64,000 nucleotides of DNA from a virus, in the IMG/VR virus record IMGVR_UViG_3300021077_000115, positions 110,064 to 174,063 of that record, one strand, 5' to 3'. The position numbers were made by a program, and so were the translations under genes. Positions 46,971 to 56,242 of this stretch are shown in pieces (position 1 is the stretch's first letter; every line of letters starts with the position of its first letter). The notes beneath the pieces were generated by a model. The model was not told where the DNA came from. It was given only the letters and a program-made list of their open reading frames with translations, and ran no database searches.

Positions 46971-47482
46971 ATGTTATGTATTGGTCTGTTTGGTACGTGT
47001 GATAAAAATAGATGGAGAGATCCGTTTATGGCCAAGTATGATGAGCTTGGTATTTCATACTTTAATCCGATGGTGGATGATTGGAATCCAGGAATGGTCC
47101 CCCTCCAGAACCAGTGCTAGGCGATCCTAAATTCGAGCTGCGGCTCACAGAGTTCAAGTCTGATGTGGGTTCTATTCCAATCACCTGGTGCGTTGATCGT
47201 GATTGGCTGTTCAAGAACAGTGATTCGGAACAATACGTTCTACTTAGTGTAGCTCCCCCAGAGAAGGGTGGAGACAAAGCTGAATGGCGCGGCTGGGCCA
47301 AGTTGTCAGATATGATGGCCTACGTCACCTTCTATCGTCCTGGTAAAAATAGGATCCTTGCGCGCGTCACACCAACCAAGAAGCAGATTGGATGGAGCGC
47401 ACCCGTGACGGTGGTAACTGGCAAGGGCGTGCTATGGATTTTCCAGAGTCATACTATGAAGAAAATTGCAAGTATCTATTAG
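46971..47482 (+). pseudogene. gene split over two frames at a C5 run (possible frameshift)
   Basis: MLCIGLFGTCDKNRWRDPF...GMVPLQNQC* (46971-47120) and the overlapping ORF 47081..47482; both frames span ccccc at 47098-47102. Confidence 0.3.
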
Positions 47483-48222
47483 CAAAGCACTGGATGTTCG
47501 AAGATAGGCTGTGGAACTACATTGACATTGATATGCCTAGTGGATGCTTTGCCAAAGAACCATCTGATTGGGAAAAGAATTGGGTAAATTTCTTCTTCAA
47601 GAACAAAGCTGTTGATCAGTGTGAATTCCGACGAAGAAGAATGTTGGCGTACCCGGTACAGCCGTTTGTATTCGCGGTCATCTTCTTGTTCTTCGCTTTG
47701 ATAATTTCATTAGTTCAGATATTCAACCTAATGATTGGGCGTTGGACAATTTGGGAAGAGGTTTCAGCGTTTAAGATTGATAGAAAAGTTGACTTCTTGA
47801 CCATTGAAAAATTTGGCAACCTTAAATGGTTATTGTTGCCAATGCCATGGTTAATTACAGTCGCATTCGTTCTTTTGAAAATCACCCATTTGAAGGTATG
47901 GATGCTGATACCTCCAGCATTCCTATTACTTATTCCAATTGCTTACTTGATTTTAGCTATAGTCATAATTGGTTGTGAAGCTTTTGGTAAATGGATAACG
48001 CGGAGAAGTCCCAGAATACAAGAGGCGCGTAAGAAGAAGCTTGAGAAAGAGCGTCAACGCCAATTAGCCCTCCGCAAAGCAGAGCTTGAAGCGCTCGATC
48101 TACTACTGTGTTCTTCTGGTAAAAGAATAACCAAGATCAAAGATCTGCCAAAGAATAAGCGAACTATCAAATTGAAGTTTAATGCTGTAAAGAGCCGTGT
48201 ATGTAGGCCATTTGCCAGATAA
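47392..48222 (+). CDS. membrane protein with C-terminal basic coiled coil
   Basis: 4-5 TM helices; start uncertain. Confidence 0.45.
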   Translation: MERTRDGGNWQGRAMDFPESYYEENCKYLLAKHWMFEDRLWNYIDIDMPSGCFAKEPSDWEKNWVNFFFKNKAVDQCEFRRRRMLAYPVQPFVFAVIFLFFALIISLVQIFNLMIGRWTIWEEVSAFKIDRKVDFLTIEKFGNLKWLLLPMPWLITVAFVLLKITHLKVWMLIPPAFLLLIPIAYLILAIVIIGCEAFGKWITRRSPRIQEARKKKLEKERQRQLALRKAELEALDLLLCSSGKRITKIKDLPKNKRTIKLKFNAVKSRVCRPFAR

Positions 48223-48313
48223 GTAACACAACAGCGCACATCTATATTACCAAAGAAATGTATTGATTTTTTTTATAGATCGTGCATGAATATCCTCCAC
48301 ACTGAGGTGGCGG

Positions 48314-48595
48314 ATGTTAGTAAAATCAGCGAACTTATTTGGTAGTCCCGTAGAACTTGATGACGCTTGGATAGCAGATCATAAAGATCATTCTTTGTGC
48401 TGGATGAATCATACTGTATTCGATAAGAAAAAGAATATTAGCCATATATTCAAAGAATGCATATGTTACTCTTGCACAAAGATAGCTCGGAAGTTGATTG
48501 GAGATATTGGTCAGATTAAAGCTCCAGTAACTTCCGATAAGAAGGCGAAAGTAATAAAGGGTAGGCGAAGTAAAATTGAGAGTGTATTCTTTTAG
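48314..48595 (+). CDS. hypothetical protein
   Basis: 93-aa ORF. Confidence 0.4.
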   Translation: MLVKSANLFGSPVELDDAWIADHKDHSLCWMNHTVFDKKKNISHIFKECICYSCTKIARKLIGDIGQIKAPVTSDKKAKVIKGRRSKIESVFF

Positions 48596-48683
48596 GTCGA
48601 GAGTCTTAGCCAGAAAAACTTAATAACCCAGTCCTAGTTTGCCTTCCCGTAGTTCTAGGACTGGGTTAATTTATTGGGACAAA

Positions 48684-49022
48684 ATGAAACGCCAAATATT
48701 CAAGTCAAAGATCCATCGAGCAACCGTAACTGGATCAAATATAGACTACGAAGGTAGTGTTACGATTGACTCTAATTTAATGCGAGCGGCTGATATTGTT
48801 CCATATGAGGCAGTTCATATTTGGAACATAACTAACGGTTCACGCCTTTTCACATACGCCATTCAGGGTGATAATGACAGCGGAGAAATTTGTATCAATG
48901 GCGCTGGGGCAAAGCTGTGCAATGTTGGAGATCTAGTTATTATCGCAACATTTACCGAGATGACAAACAAAGTAGCCCGCAAGTGGATACCAAGGGTTGC
49001 CAGCAGTTCAACGGAAACTTGA
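48684..49022 (+). CDS. panD: aspartate 1-decarboxylase (pyruvoyl-dependent)
   Basis: [78 protein letters not shown]; the [10 protein letters not shown]...YEGS(pyruvoyl Ser)...ICINGAAA pattern is diagnostic. Confidence 0.7.
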   Translation: MKRQIFKSKIHRATVTGSNIDYEGSVTIDSNLMRAADIVPYEAVHIWNITNGSRLFTYAIQGDNDSGEICINGAGAKLCNVGDLVIIATFTEMTNKVARKWIPRVASSSTET

Positions 49023-49032
49023 CTAAAGTTAC

Positions 49033-49269
49033 TTGACTCCGCTCAACCCGTGGGTAATCCTTTTATCAGATCGGATGTACATGAAGATGAAAGTGGTTCG
49101 AGTTTCGGCCACTGAGTTCGAATTGGAAGACGGTAGGGTATTTCCCCACGTCACCCCACTCGAACCGGTTCCGACTCCCGAAGAGTTTCAAGTACATTAC
49201 GACCTGTGGTCAGATCGGTTGAAGTCCAAGGATGTCCAGTGGCCTCGTTTCGCTCAAAAAAGCGGCTGA
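49033..49269 (+). CDS. hypothetical protein (overlaps tnpA start)
   Basis: 78 aa; weak. Confidence 0.3.
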   Translation: MTPLNPWVILLSDRMYMKMKVVRVSATEFELEDGRVFPHVTPLEPVPTPEEFQVHYDLWSDRLKSKDVQWPRFAQKSG

Positions 49270-49855
49270 AATCCTTGGTTGTGGTACCTCGACGCTTCGG
49301 ACTTGGGACAAGAACAAGAGCCTCGTAGCCGTTAGAACCCCAGGTGGTCAGCGCCGGTACCGCACTGAAGACCTAGACCGCTTCCAAGGGATCATCAAAA
49401 AGACCTCCAAGATGTCGGAAAATGTCGCTGTCTACGCTCGGGTTTCGAGCCATGAGCAGAAGGCTAAGGGCGACCTTGACCGTCAAAAGGGAAGGCTTCT
49501 AGAGCATTGCGTCAAGCAGAGCTACTCGGTGACGCATGTCATGGAGGAAGTCGGATCTGGGATGACGGACACTCGGCCGAAGATGCTCCGCCTTCTTGAG
49601 TTGGCCACGAGGGGCGAGATTGGGCGGGTGGTTATCGAGCACAAGGATCGACTCGCGAGGTTCAACTTCAACATATTCCAAAAGTTCTTCGAGAGTCATG
49701 GTGTACAGGTTGAGTGGCTGGAAAACGTGCTCCCAAAGTCCTACGAGGCCGAACTAGTCGAGGATATGGTCAGCCTCATGTCCAGCTTCTCAGCCAAAGT
49801 TTACGGAAAACGGAGCGCTGAGAACCGCCGAAAGAAGAAGCAAGAGGCCGCCTGA
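49232..49855 (+). CDS. tnpA: IS607-type serine recombinase/transposase TnpA (MerR-like HTH + resolvase catalytic domain)
   Basis: LKKAAEILGCGTSTLRTWDKNKSLVAVRTPGGQRRYRTEDL HTH, then VAVYARVSSHEQK catalytic-Ser motif. Confidence 0.8.
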   Translation: MSSGLVSLKKAAEILGCGTSTLRTWDKNKSLVAVRTPGGQRRYRTEDLDRFQGIIKKTSKMSENVAVYARVSSHEQKAKGDLDRQKGRLLEHCVKQSYSVTHVMEEVGSGMTDTRPKMLRLLELATRGEIGRVVIEHKDRLARFNFNIFQKFFESHGVQVEWLENVLPKSYEAELVEDMVSLMSSFSAKVYGKRSAENRRKKKQEAA

Positions 49856-50190
49856 TGGAACCTAATGAGTCAAAGATTGAGGTTTTCGCAAGGTGGTACG
49901 GGTATCCGTCTGTCTACTGTCAAGCGAGCACACCAGATTACCGATATGTCGTAGCTATCCCTAGACTCCCCTACAACATACTGGAAGAATTCAAGAAGGA
50001 ACTGGACTCTCACTCCTCCGATGGTGATCCATACTTCGTGTTTGAATACTCAGATCAGTTCCTCAGTATAGCCGGTACCTTTGATATTCCGCGTAACCAC
50101 TGTGAGAGTTGGGTGCAATGCTACTTGACTGCCCGCCCTGAGGGTGGGCTCAGATTCAAAAACGAGCCATGGTCAGAAAGGAACCCATGA
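49855..50190 (+). CDS. hypothetical protein between tnpA and tnpB
   Basis: 111-aa ORF. Confidence 0.4.
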   Translation: MEPNESKIEVFARWYGYPSVYCQASTPDYRYVVAIPRLPYNILEEFKKELDSHSSDGDPYFVFEYSDQFLSIAGTFDIPRNHCESWVQCYLTARPEGGLRFKNEPWSERNP

Positions 50191-50603
50191 CAAGTTACTC
50201 CAACTTCTTTGAGATGCTGGACGCTATTGAAGCGAAGATGCAAGACCCACGTTGTAAGGAGGCTGGACTCACCCCTTACACAGGGGAGCCTCTACTAACG
50301 AGTATGGATCTTGGGTGGATCGTTGCGCTTCCCCTAAGCGAACGGGACGAAACATTCCAGTTCAGTGTGAGTCTACGTCAGATAAAGATTGACCGGCAAG
50401 ATCCTAGATGGGCCGATGCTTATGCCAGGCTCCAATCATTTACGACCCACTTCATTACATGTCCAAAGCATGGGGTGGTTAAAGGCATCCCGATACACAA
50501 GCTTCAAGGCAAGAAAGAGGGATCTGAGACGCTGGTATGCATACCTTGTGTGGCTGAGCGCATGGTGAATCCTGTTCGAACTTCAGCCAATCTCTCGATA
50601 TGA
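50169..50603 (+). CDS. hypothetical protein between tnpA and tnpB (C..H...C..C)
   Basis: 144-aa ORF. Confidence 0.4.
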   Translation: MVRKEPMTSYSNFFEMLDAIEAKMQDPRCKEAGLTPYTGEPLLTSMDLGWIVALPLSERDETFQFSVSLRQIKIDRQDPRWADAYARLQSFTTHFITCPKHGVVKGIPIHKLQGKKEGSETLVCIPCVAERMVNPVRTSANLSI

Positions 50604-52027
50604 AGAAATGTCGGTTCTTCATGCTGCATCCTGAGTGCAACCCTGGGAAGATTCAATCCCTGGAAGCTCTTCACGTCGAGTACATAGCTTATGTCCGGAT
50701 CTGCGTTCAGACGATGCTCAAAGCCCATAGGCTGACTTTGCCCCGCTCGGAGAAGCAGGACTTCTTCCCCAGGGCTGAGAAGCTTACGTCTCAGATTGAG
50801 AAAAACGCCCGCGACCATGCCATCCAGATTGTGAGCACTTGGGCTAAGTCGGTTTATGCCAGGAAGATCAAGACTTTCATCAGGTTATCTTTCAAAGAGG
50901 GGAACTTTGACGAGGACTTCTGTAAGCAGCTTTACACGGTGGGTAAGTACTTGATTCATGAGCCGAAGGAAACCGTGTCCCAGGAAGCAATTGATCTGTA
51001 TTGGTCTTGGCTCTCTGACCCAGAAGTAGTGGGGAACCCGCCTTCCATATCCAGTCGGATTCCAATGAGGATGTCGGAGAACACCTGCTCATTGGAAGAC
51101 CCAGAAGAGGCTACCCACGCGGATCTTTGGCTCAAGATCTCAACTTTGATTTCTCGGAAGCTTGCTTGGCTACCACTGGTTGGGAACCCATACGTCAAGA
51201 AGTCATCTGACGTAAGTAAGGGAATCCACGCTAGAAAAGACCGAAAGGGCCGTTGGCGGTTCGAAGCCGTTGATACCAAAGAGTGGTTGGTCTGCGAGGC
51301 CGAACCTGACTTACCCAGGATTGGAGTCGATGTAGGACTAAACGTGGTAGCGGCTACTTCGAGCGGACACGTGTTTGGGGCCTACCTAAAACCCAAGTTC
51401 AACAGGCTCTACGACAAGGTCAGGGAAGTCAGGGCGAACCGCCAAAGGCAGGATCTCAAGGAGAACAGTCCTAGGCTAGACCGACTAGAATCACGCCTCT
51501 CTGGCTTGACCAAGAGCTTCACGGGACGGGTATCCAATGAACTGATCCGAACGTACTCTGAGTCCGTCTTCGTCTTAGAAGACCTAGATCTTCGTGGTTG
51601 TCGTGGGCAAAAACGCTTCTGTTACAGGGAATTAGCTCATGCCCTTGAATCAAAGGCTCCAACTGAAAAGGTGAATCCGGCCTACAGTTCTCAGACATGC
51701 CCTTCGTGTGGGCATGTCTCTAGATACAATCGGGCTGGAATAGATTTCATCTGTCGCCAGTGCGGCAGGATTTCACATGCCGACGTGGTAGGAGGGATCA
51801 ATTTGCTCGGACGTTCCGAGAGCAAACAGATTGGCCTCGATGATCATCCGTCGGAAGTGAAGGGAGTGCTTGTGAGGCTATACTGGTCTAGGAGGAATCC
51901 GGATCAGGACTGTCCACAAGACTTCTTGAATAAATACGCGCCATTACCGTATGGCCGAAGGCTTACTACCAGGGGACTCTCTCGAAAGAGAAGCACTGGC
52001 ATAGCTTTTAATCAGGTAGCTGCTTGA
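50600..52027 (+). CDS. tnpB: TnpB (OrfB_IS605/RuvC-like RNA-guided nuclease family)
   Basis: RuvC-I IGVDVGLN, RuvC-II VFVLEDLDL, zinc finger CPSCGH...CRQCG, RuvC-III HADVVGGINLL. Confidence 0.8.
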   Translation: MKKCRFFMLHPECNPGKIQSLEALHVEYIAYVRICVQTMLKAHRLTLPRSEKQDFFPRAEKLTSQIEKNARDHAIQIVSTWAKSVYARKIKTFIRLSFKEGNFDEDFCKQLYTVGKYLIHEPKETVSQEAIDLYWSWLSDPEVVGNPPSISSRIPMRMSENTCSLEDPEEATHADLWLKISTLISRKLAWLPLVGNPYVKKSSDVSKGIHARKDRKGRWRFEAVDTKEWLVCEAEPDLPRIGVDVGLNVVAATSSGHVFGAYLKPKFNRLYDKVREVRANRQRQDLKENSPRLDRLESRLSGLTKSFTGRVSNELIRTYSESVFVLEDLDLRGCRGQKRFCYRELAHALESKAPTEKVNPAYSSQTCPSCGHVSRYNRAGIDFICRQCGRISHADVVGGINLLGRSESKQIGLDDHPSEVKGVLVRLYWSRRNPDQDCPQDFLNKYAPLPYGRRLTTRGLSRKRSTGIAFNQVAA

Positions 52028-52221
52028 CTACACGTAAGTTTGAGCAACTTCTTGAGTACGGTAATCCTGGTTGATGAAAAAAACAAGATAACACCCATTG
52101 TTGGTATTGCTATCGATCTGGAAACCGCACCCATTAGGCCTGATGAAAAAAAACCAACTACAATAATGGTGAACACTAATTACTGGCAGAACCCTATCGG
52201 AACTAATAGCACAGGTATCGG

Positions 52222-52506
52222 ATGAAATCTTTCATACCTCAAGCCTGGGCAATTCCGCCAGGTAGACATAGATCACAATTCAGAGTTGTAACTAAGTTCT
52301 TTGTATTCAAATATGTTTTACCAACTATTGTTGATGGATATTATCTTCAACAACGGCGATGGAAGCAAAATATTATACAGGAATATAAGGTAATTGGTGA
52401 TTTGTATTGCGGATGTAGAGAAGTTCATAAATGGATTGATGTTTCTTGGTACGATAACTGCCTAGAAGCATGTGGTGATACCTGCGACCTGCGACCCAGG
52501 CCATAG
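52222..52506 (+). CDS. hypothetical protein
   Basis: 94-aa ORF. Confidence 0.35.
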   Translation: MKSFIPQAWAIPPGRHRSQFRVVTKFFVFKYVLPTIVDGYYLQQRRWKQNIIQEYKVIGDLYCGCREVHKWIDVSWYDNCLEACGDTCDLRPRP

Positions 52507-52884
52507 ATGAGAAGTATCGTAAAAGTACGCTGTGATTTTTGTAACGCAAAGATGGCCACGTGGGAATATATGCCACGTGATTTCGAATACTATTGCGATG
52601 ATTGCGTACCGCGCGGATGCTCTTGTAATCTAATCGGCGATGTAGATGATGAGTCTGGAATTGAGGCTACCGATGAGCTCGGTAGACTTCTTCCATGCTG
52701 TGAGTTTTTATATTCTAAGAATGGATGGACGGCTAATTACCTTCTGAAAAAAGGATGTCAATTTCCATTCAAACACAATTACCAACACCCTAAGTGGGTC
52801 AATATTGTAGATCAAAAATACATGTTAGCTTTCATGAGGAGGCTATATGCTACGAGAAGCAAGAGAAGCATTTCTGAAACATGA
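52507..52884 (+). CDS. Cys-rich hypothetical protein
   Basis: CDFC...CDDC...CSC. Confidence 0.4.
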   Translation: MRSIVKVRCDFCNAKMATWEYMPRDFEYYCDDCVPRGCSCNLIGDVDDESGIEATDELGRLLPCCEFLYSKNGWTANYLLKKGCQFPFKHNYQHPKWVNIVDQKYMLAFMRRLYATRSKRSISET

Positions 52885-53164
52885 TCTTTATAGAATAATA
52901 TTGCCACCTGAGGCTTGGGATGGGGCATACAAACTTGAAGATCTTCCAGTTCCAACACACAAAAAGGTTGCATCTAAAGGTGCTCGCTTTGTATATTGCG
53001 AGACCGATAGAAAAGACGCTGGAATGGGTTGGTTCGCAGATGCCGGTAATGGTAATTACAGAGCTGGTAATTGCGGGTTTGGAAAGATGGGTGGTGCTTG
53101 GGCCAAAGAACATCTAACTGAACCAGTCGATATTGTAGGCACCAGGTTTAGGAATCAGTGGTAA
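52847..53164 (+). CDS. hypothetical protein
   Basis: 105-aa ORF. Confidence 0.4.
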   Translation: MLREAREAFLKHDLYRIILPPEAWDGAYKLEDLPVPTHKKVASKGARFVYCETDRKDAGMGWFADAGNGNYRAGNCGFGKMGGAWAKEHLTEPVDIVGTRFRNQW

Positions 53165-53208
53165 ATCCTCCTGAGTAAAGAGATTATGACTACTATCACG
53201 AGTTTATA

Positions 53209-53754
53209 TTGATACATAGCAACACCTCTAAAAGAGACAAGGTTTATAAATCCCTTGGTAAAATCATGACTAATCTATTCCCAACTCCAAGTGATTTGAA
53301 ATATGGACACTCCAAAACTCTATGCCCTCATGACGATGTCTTATCATTATTCAATAATGAAGCCCAACATAAATCCGAATGCATAAACAAGGCTGTGGTA
53401 GATTGGATTGAATCAGAAGCTTCGAGGCGTGGGTGGAGTAGCGTTGAGTGGTTTAATGATTCTTTCACTGGTCGTGGTTGTTGGTTATCATTAACTCCAC
53501 ATCCAATTCCGTCAATTGGAGAGGCACTTTCAAGAGCATTCACTCGCATTGCTCATCATGCTTGCCGGCAAGGTGAATCTAACAATAGATGCTGGCCAGA
53601 TATTTCGGAGCTTCCAGAACCAGAAGATTGGAAGATGGTTGGAAATAAATACTCAAAAGAATTCGCAATAGAATTAATGACTATATATTTCTCAAAGGAA
53701 AACTTCTTACAAGACTTAGTCATGATTGGTCATTTTCGAGAAAGCGGATTCTAG
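53209..53754 (+). CDS. hypothetical protein
   Basis: 181-aa ORF. Confidence 0.45.
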   Translation: MIHSNTSKRDKVYKSLGKIMTNLFPTPSDLKYGHSKTLCPHDDVLSLFNNEAQHKSECINKAVVDWIESEASRRGWSSVEWFNDSFTGRGCWLSLTPHPIPSIGEALSRAFTRIAHHACRQGESNNRCWPDISELPEPEDWKMVGNKYSKEFAIELMTIYFSKENFLQDLVMIGHFRESGF

Positions 53755-53763
53755 GAGTATACA

Positions 53764-54027
53764 ATGCGAACATATACATTGTCACGAATTTATATTGATA
53801 CAGAACACCAGAGAGATTGCTGTGGGGATATAAATTATACAAATAGTGAGCCATTTCTTATTATAAAGTGCAATGATGTCCCAATTAGATTTGCATCTGT
53901 TAAGAGCATTGAATCTAGTAGAGATATTTTTGAGAAACTAGACACTAACATCTTTACAGTTGAAGATATATTAGATGTTTTGTGTAAAAGTAAATTAACT
54001 ATCTCACACGATATGGAAACATTATGA
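53764..54027 (+). CDS. hypothetical protein
   Basis: 87-aa ORF. Confidence 0.4.
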   Translation: MRTYTLSRIYIDTEHQRDCCGDINYTNSEPFLIIKCNDVPIRFASVKSIESSRDIFEKLDTNIFTVEDILDVLCKSKLTISHDMETL

Positions 54028-55286
54028 CTAGAACATTTGAATTAGGCGGCGAAGTAAACACTAGCAAAATAAGTTCTACTGTTAGTGTTCGTGACCAAAT
54101 CATACAAAAAGTTGGTGGGGATATTGAACAGGTTTGCGAGCTTGGTCATCCTCTAATCGGCGGAAAACCAGGATATCGTGATGAATCGTATATATCAAAT
54201 CTAGTTGGTCTAGCCCACCTTTCATTCTCTAGTCACCGCCATATGATATTGGATCCAGATGCAGTCTGGATTACAATCGAACATGGGCTGGCAACTCACA
54301 TCAAAGAGAATGCCGAAGCTCTTCGTGACAAGTTCGTTTCATTCAAGGGCAAACGAACAATCGATATCAGGCGAGACGAATTTAGGCGCGGCTCAATCAA
54401 TAATTGGGAGGGATGCTTTGATGAGTTCTCGGAGAAGATTGGGGAATTTATCGGCCCAAAGAAAGATTTGATTGTCGGAAATTTCTCGACCACAGGACAG
54501 CTACAAAGAGTATCCTCCGAAATTGTTCTGATGGATGCTATGAGTAAATACTTCGATTACTCAGTCAAAACATGTTGTCACATTCCTGTGATAACCCTCA
54601 CTGGTACTGTGGAAGATTGGGAACGCATCCGTGATAAGGTGAATTCATTTGATGAATTTGGTTTGTCTTGGTGGGCAGATCACCTGAAGCCAGTCCTTGA
54701 TCAATTAGTTCTAGCCGCTAAGGGAGAGGTTGATATTGACTTCTGGAAGAGCTGGTATAAAGAGGGCGGCGGTAGTGGTGGCCCATTTATCTCAGGACAT
54801 GTCAACGCATTCTTTCCATATTTAGGAAGAGATAATAGTAAAAACAAGTATATGGGTACTTGTCCGTCTCATCACGGGAATACTCTATCCTCTTTCAACC
54901 AATCTATTTCTAAGGTTCCATTCATTTGGGATTACTATAACCAGGAATATCCTATGGAGTTTGTTGGTGGATTGATTGGGCTAACACAAGATGACTCTGG
55001 CCGTGTTCAATGTTCCTTTGGCTGGGCTGTTCGAGATGAGTCAGTTCCACTCTCTAATTACCCAATCGAGAAGCTTGTGAAGGATATGGTCATCCACAAC
55101 AAAGATGGAGAGGCCGGATTATTGAAGAGAGCTGAGGCAGAGCATTGGGATAATGCTCCAGATGACAAGCAGCTTTACGAAGTTCAAATCGAATGGAAAG
55201 ACGGTTTGAAGACTTATAAGCAATGGGATTTTAATAATTTGTTCGTCAAAGAACCTGCTAATGGAGAGCAGATGGTGGTAGAGTAA
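54024..55286 (+). CDS. hypothetical 420-aa protein (no family assignable by eye)
   Basis: Long ORF; GGGSGGPFISGHVNAFFPY glycine-rich motif; stops and starts overlap across 54024-57292. Confidence 0.55.
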   Translation: MTRTFELGGEVNTSKISSTVSVRDQIIQKVGGDIEQVCELGHPLIGGKPGYRDESYISNLVGLAHLSFSSHRHMILDPDAVWITIEHGLATHIKENAEALRDKFVSFKGKRTIDIRRDEFRRGSINNWEGCFDEFSEKIGEFIGPKKDLIVGNFSTTGQLQRVSSEIVLMDAMSKYFDYSVKTCCHIPVITLTGTVEDWERIRDKVNSFDEFGLSWWADHLKPVLDQLVLAAKGEVDIDFWKSWYKEGGGSGGPFISGHVNAFFPYLGRDNSKNKYMGTCPSHHGNTLSSFNQSISKVPFIWDYYNQEYPMEFVGGLIGLTQDDSGRVQCSFGWAVRDESVPLSNYPIEKLVKDMVIHNKDGEAGLLKRAEAEHWDNAPDDKQLYEVQIEWKDGLKTYKQWDFNNLFVKEPANGEQMVVE

Positions 55287-55287
55287 T

Positions 55288-56166
55288 ATGCCAACAAGAA
55301 TCATTGCATTAGGTACAGGCTCTGCCTTCACAATGAACAACTACCAAACTAACTTTGTCATCAAAAGAAATGGCAAGTATCTTTTGGTAGATTGTGGTGG
55401 CGATGTCAGATTTAGCCTTAGAGATCAGGGCCTGTCTGCCAAGGATATAGATGCTGTCTATATTTCACATGCTCACGCAGATCATGTGGGCGGCATGGAG
55501 TTCTTGGCATTCACACGCTACTTTACAAAGAGATCAATGGAAAATGCTAGGGCCCTCGCGCGAACTGTCGATCCTGAGCATTCCCCAGAGCCACTTCAAT
55601 TACCAGTGCTATTCTGTGAGCATGGGATGATTCGAACACTTTGGGATCACTCATTACGAGGAGGTCTCGAAGGACTTGAGGGAATCGACGCCAACATCGA
55701 CACCTATTTCAGGGTACATCCAGTGCCAAAAAACGGATCGTTCGAGTGGGAGGGCTTGAAGTTCGATATCGTTCAAAGCCTTCATGTCTCTGCTAAATAT
55801 AGTATTGTTGATTCATTCGGGCTGATGTTTACTGATGATATTGGGTATCGAATATTCATCACTACAGATGTTCAGTTCGCCCCAGAGACATCTATGAAAG
55901 CCTATTACAAAGAGGCTGATGTCATAATTCATGACTGCGAAACAGGATTCAAAAGCGGAGTTCACGCCCATTACGATCAGCTAAGGACATTGGATAATAG
56001 CATTAAGAATAAGATGCTTTTGGTTCACTACCAAGACAATGTCTTGGAAGATTGGAATGCGTGGGTGGACAAGGCCAACCAGGACGGCTTCGACGGATTC
56101 GTCAAGCCTGGGCCGATTTGGTCTGATGAACCACCTGACGTAATCGCAGCAACAACGAATGTTTGA
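55288..56166 (+). CDS. metallo-beta-lactamase-fold hydrolase (RNase Z / cyclic-nucleotide phosphodiesterase-like)
   Basis: ISHAHADHVGG (HxHxDH), downstream ITTDVQ and IIHDCE, then HAHYD metal-ligand-like residues. Confidence 0.6.
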   Translation: MPTRIIALGTGSAFTMNNYQTNFVIKRNGKYLLVDCGGDVRFSLRDQGLSAKDIDAVYISHAHADHVGGMEFLAFTRYFTKRSMENARALARTVDPEHSPEPLQLPVLFCEHGMIRTLWDHSLRGGLEGLEGIDANIDTYFRVHPVPKNGSFEWEGLKFDIVQSLHVSAKYSIVDSFGLMFTDDIGYRIFITTDVQFAPETSMKAYYKEADVIIHDCETGFKSGVHAHYDQLRTLDNSIKNKMLLVHYQDNVLEDWNAWVDKANQDGFDGFVKPGPIWSDEPPDVIAATTNV

Positions 56167-56242
56167 CATCGGGCGGACAGCCTGATACGATGTCGGCAAC
56201 CTTCTCACGGAGAGAAGAAGTCGGTACAACACGGAGAGTGTT

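Larger units (their letters stand above)
49232..52230 (+). mobile_element. IS607-family-like element (tnpA + 2 extra ORFs + tnpB)
   Basis: MerR-HTH serine recombinase followed by TnpB with overlapping stops and starts; the right boundary is estimated from repeated TGATGAAAAAAA tracts at 52070-52160. Confidence 0.55.

Noticed and set aside
46971-47120. Alternative genetic code (TAG or TGA recoding, Lak-megaphage-like) to explain split genes
   Set aside because: Reading through the stops does not yield protein-like extensions. Most genes terminate cleanly with standard stops and GC content is about 45 percent.
54024-55286. Nampt/NadV identity for the 420-aa protein upstream of NadM-Nudix
   Set aside because: It lacks the N-terminal DSYK and GGGLLQ-type Nampt motifs and is shorter than Nampt.
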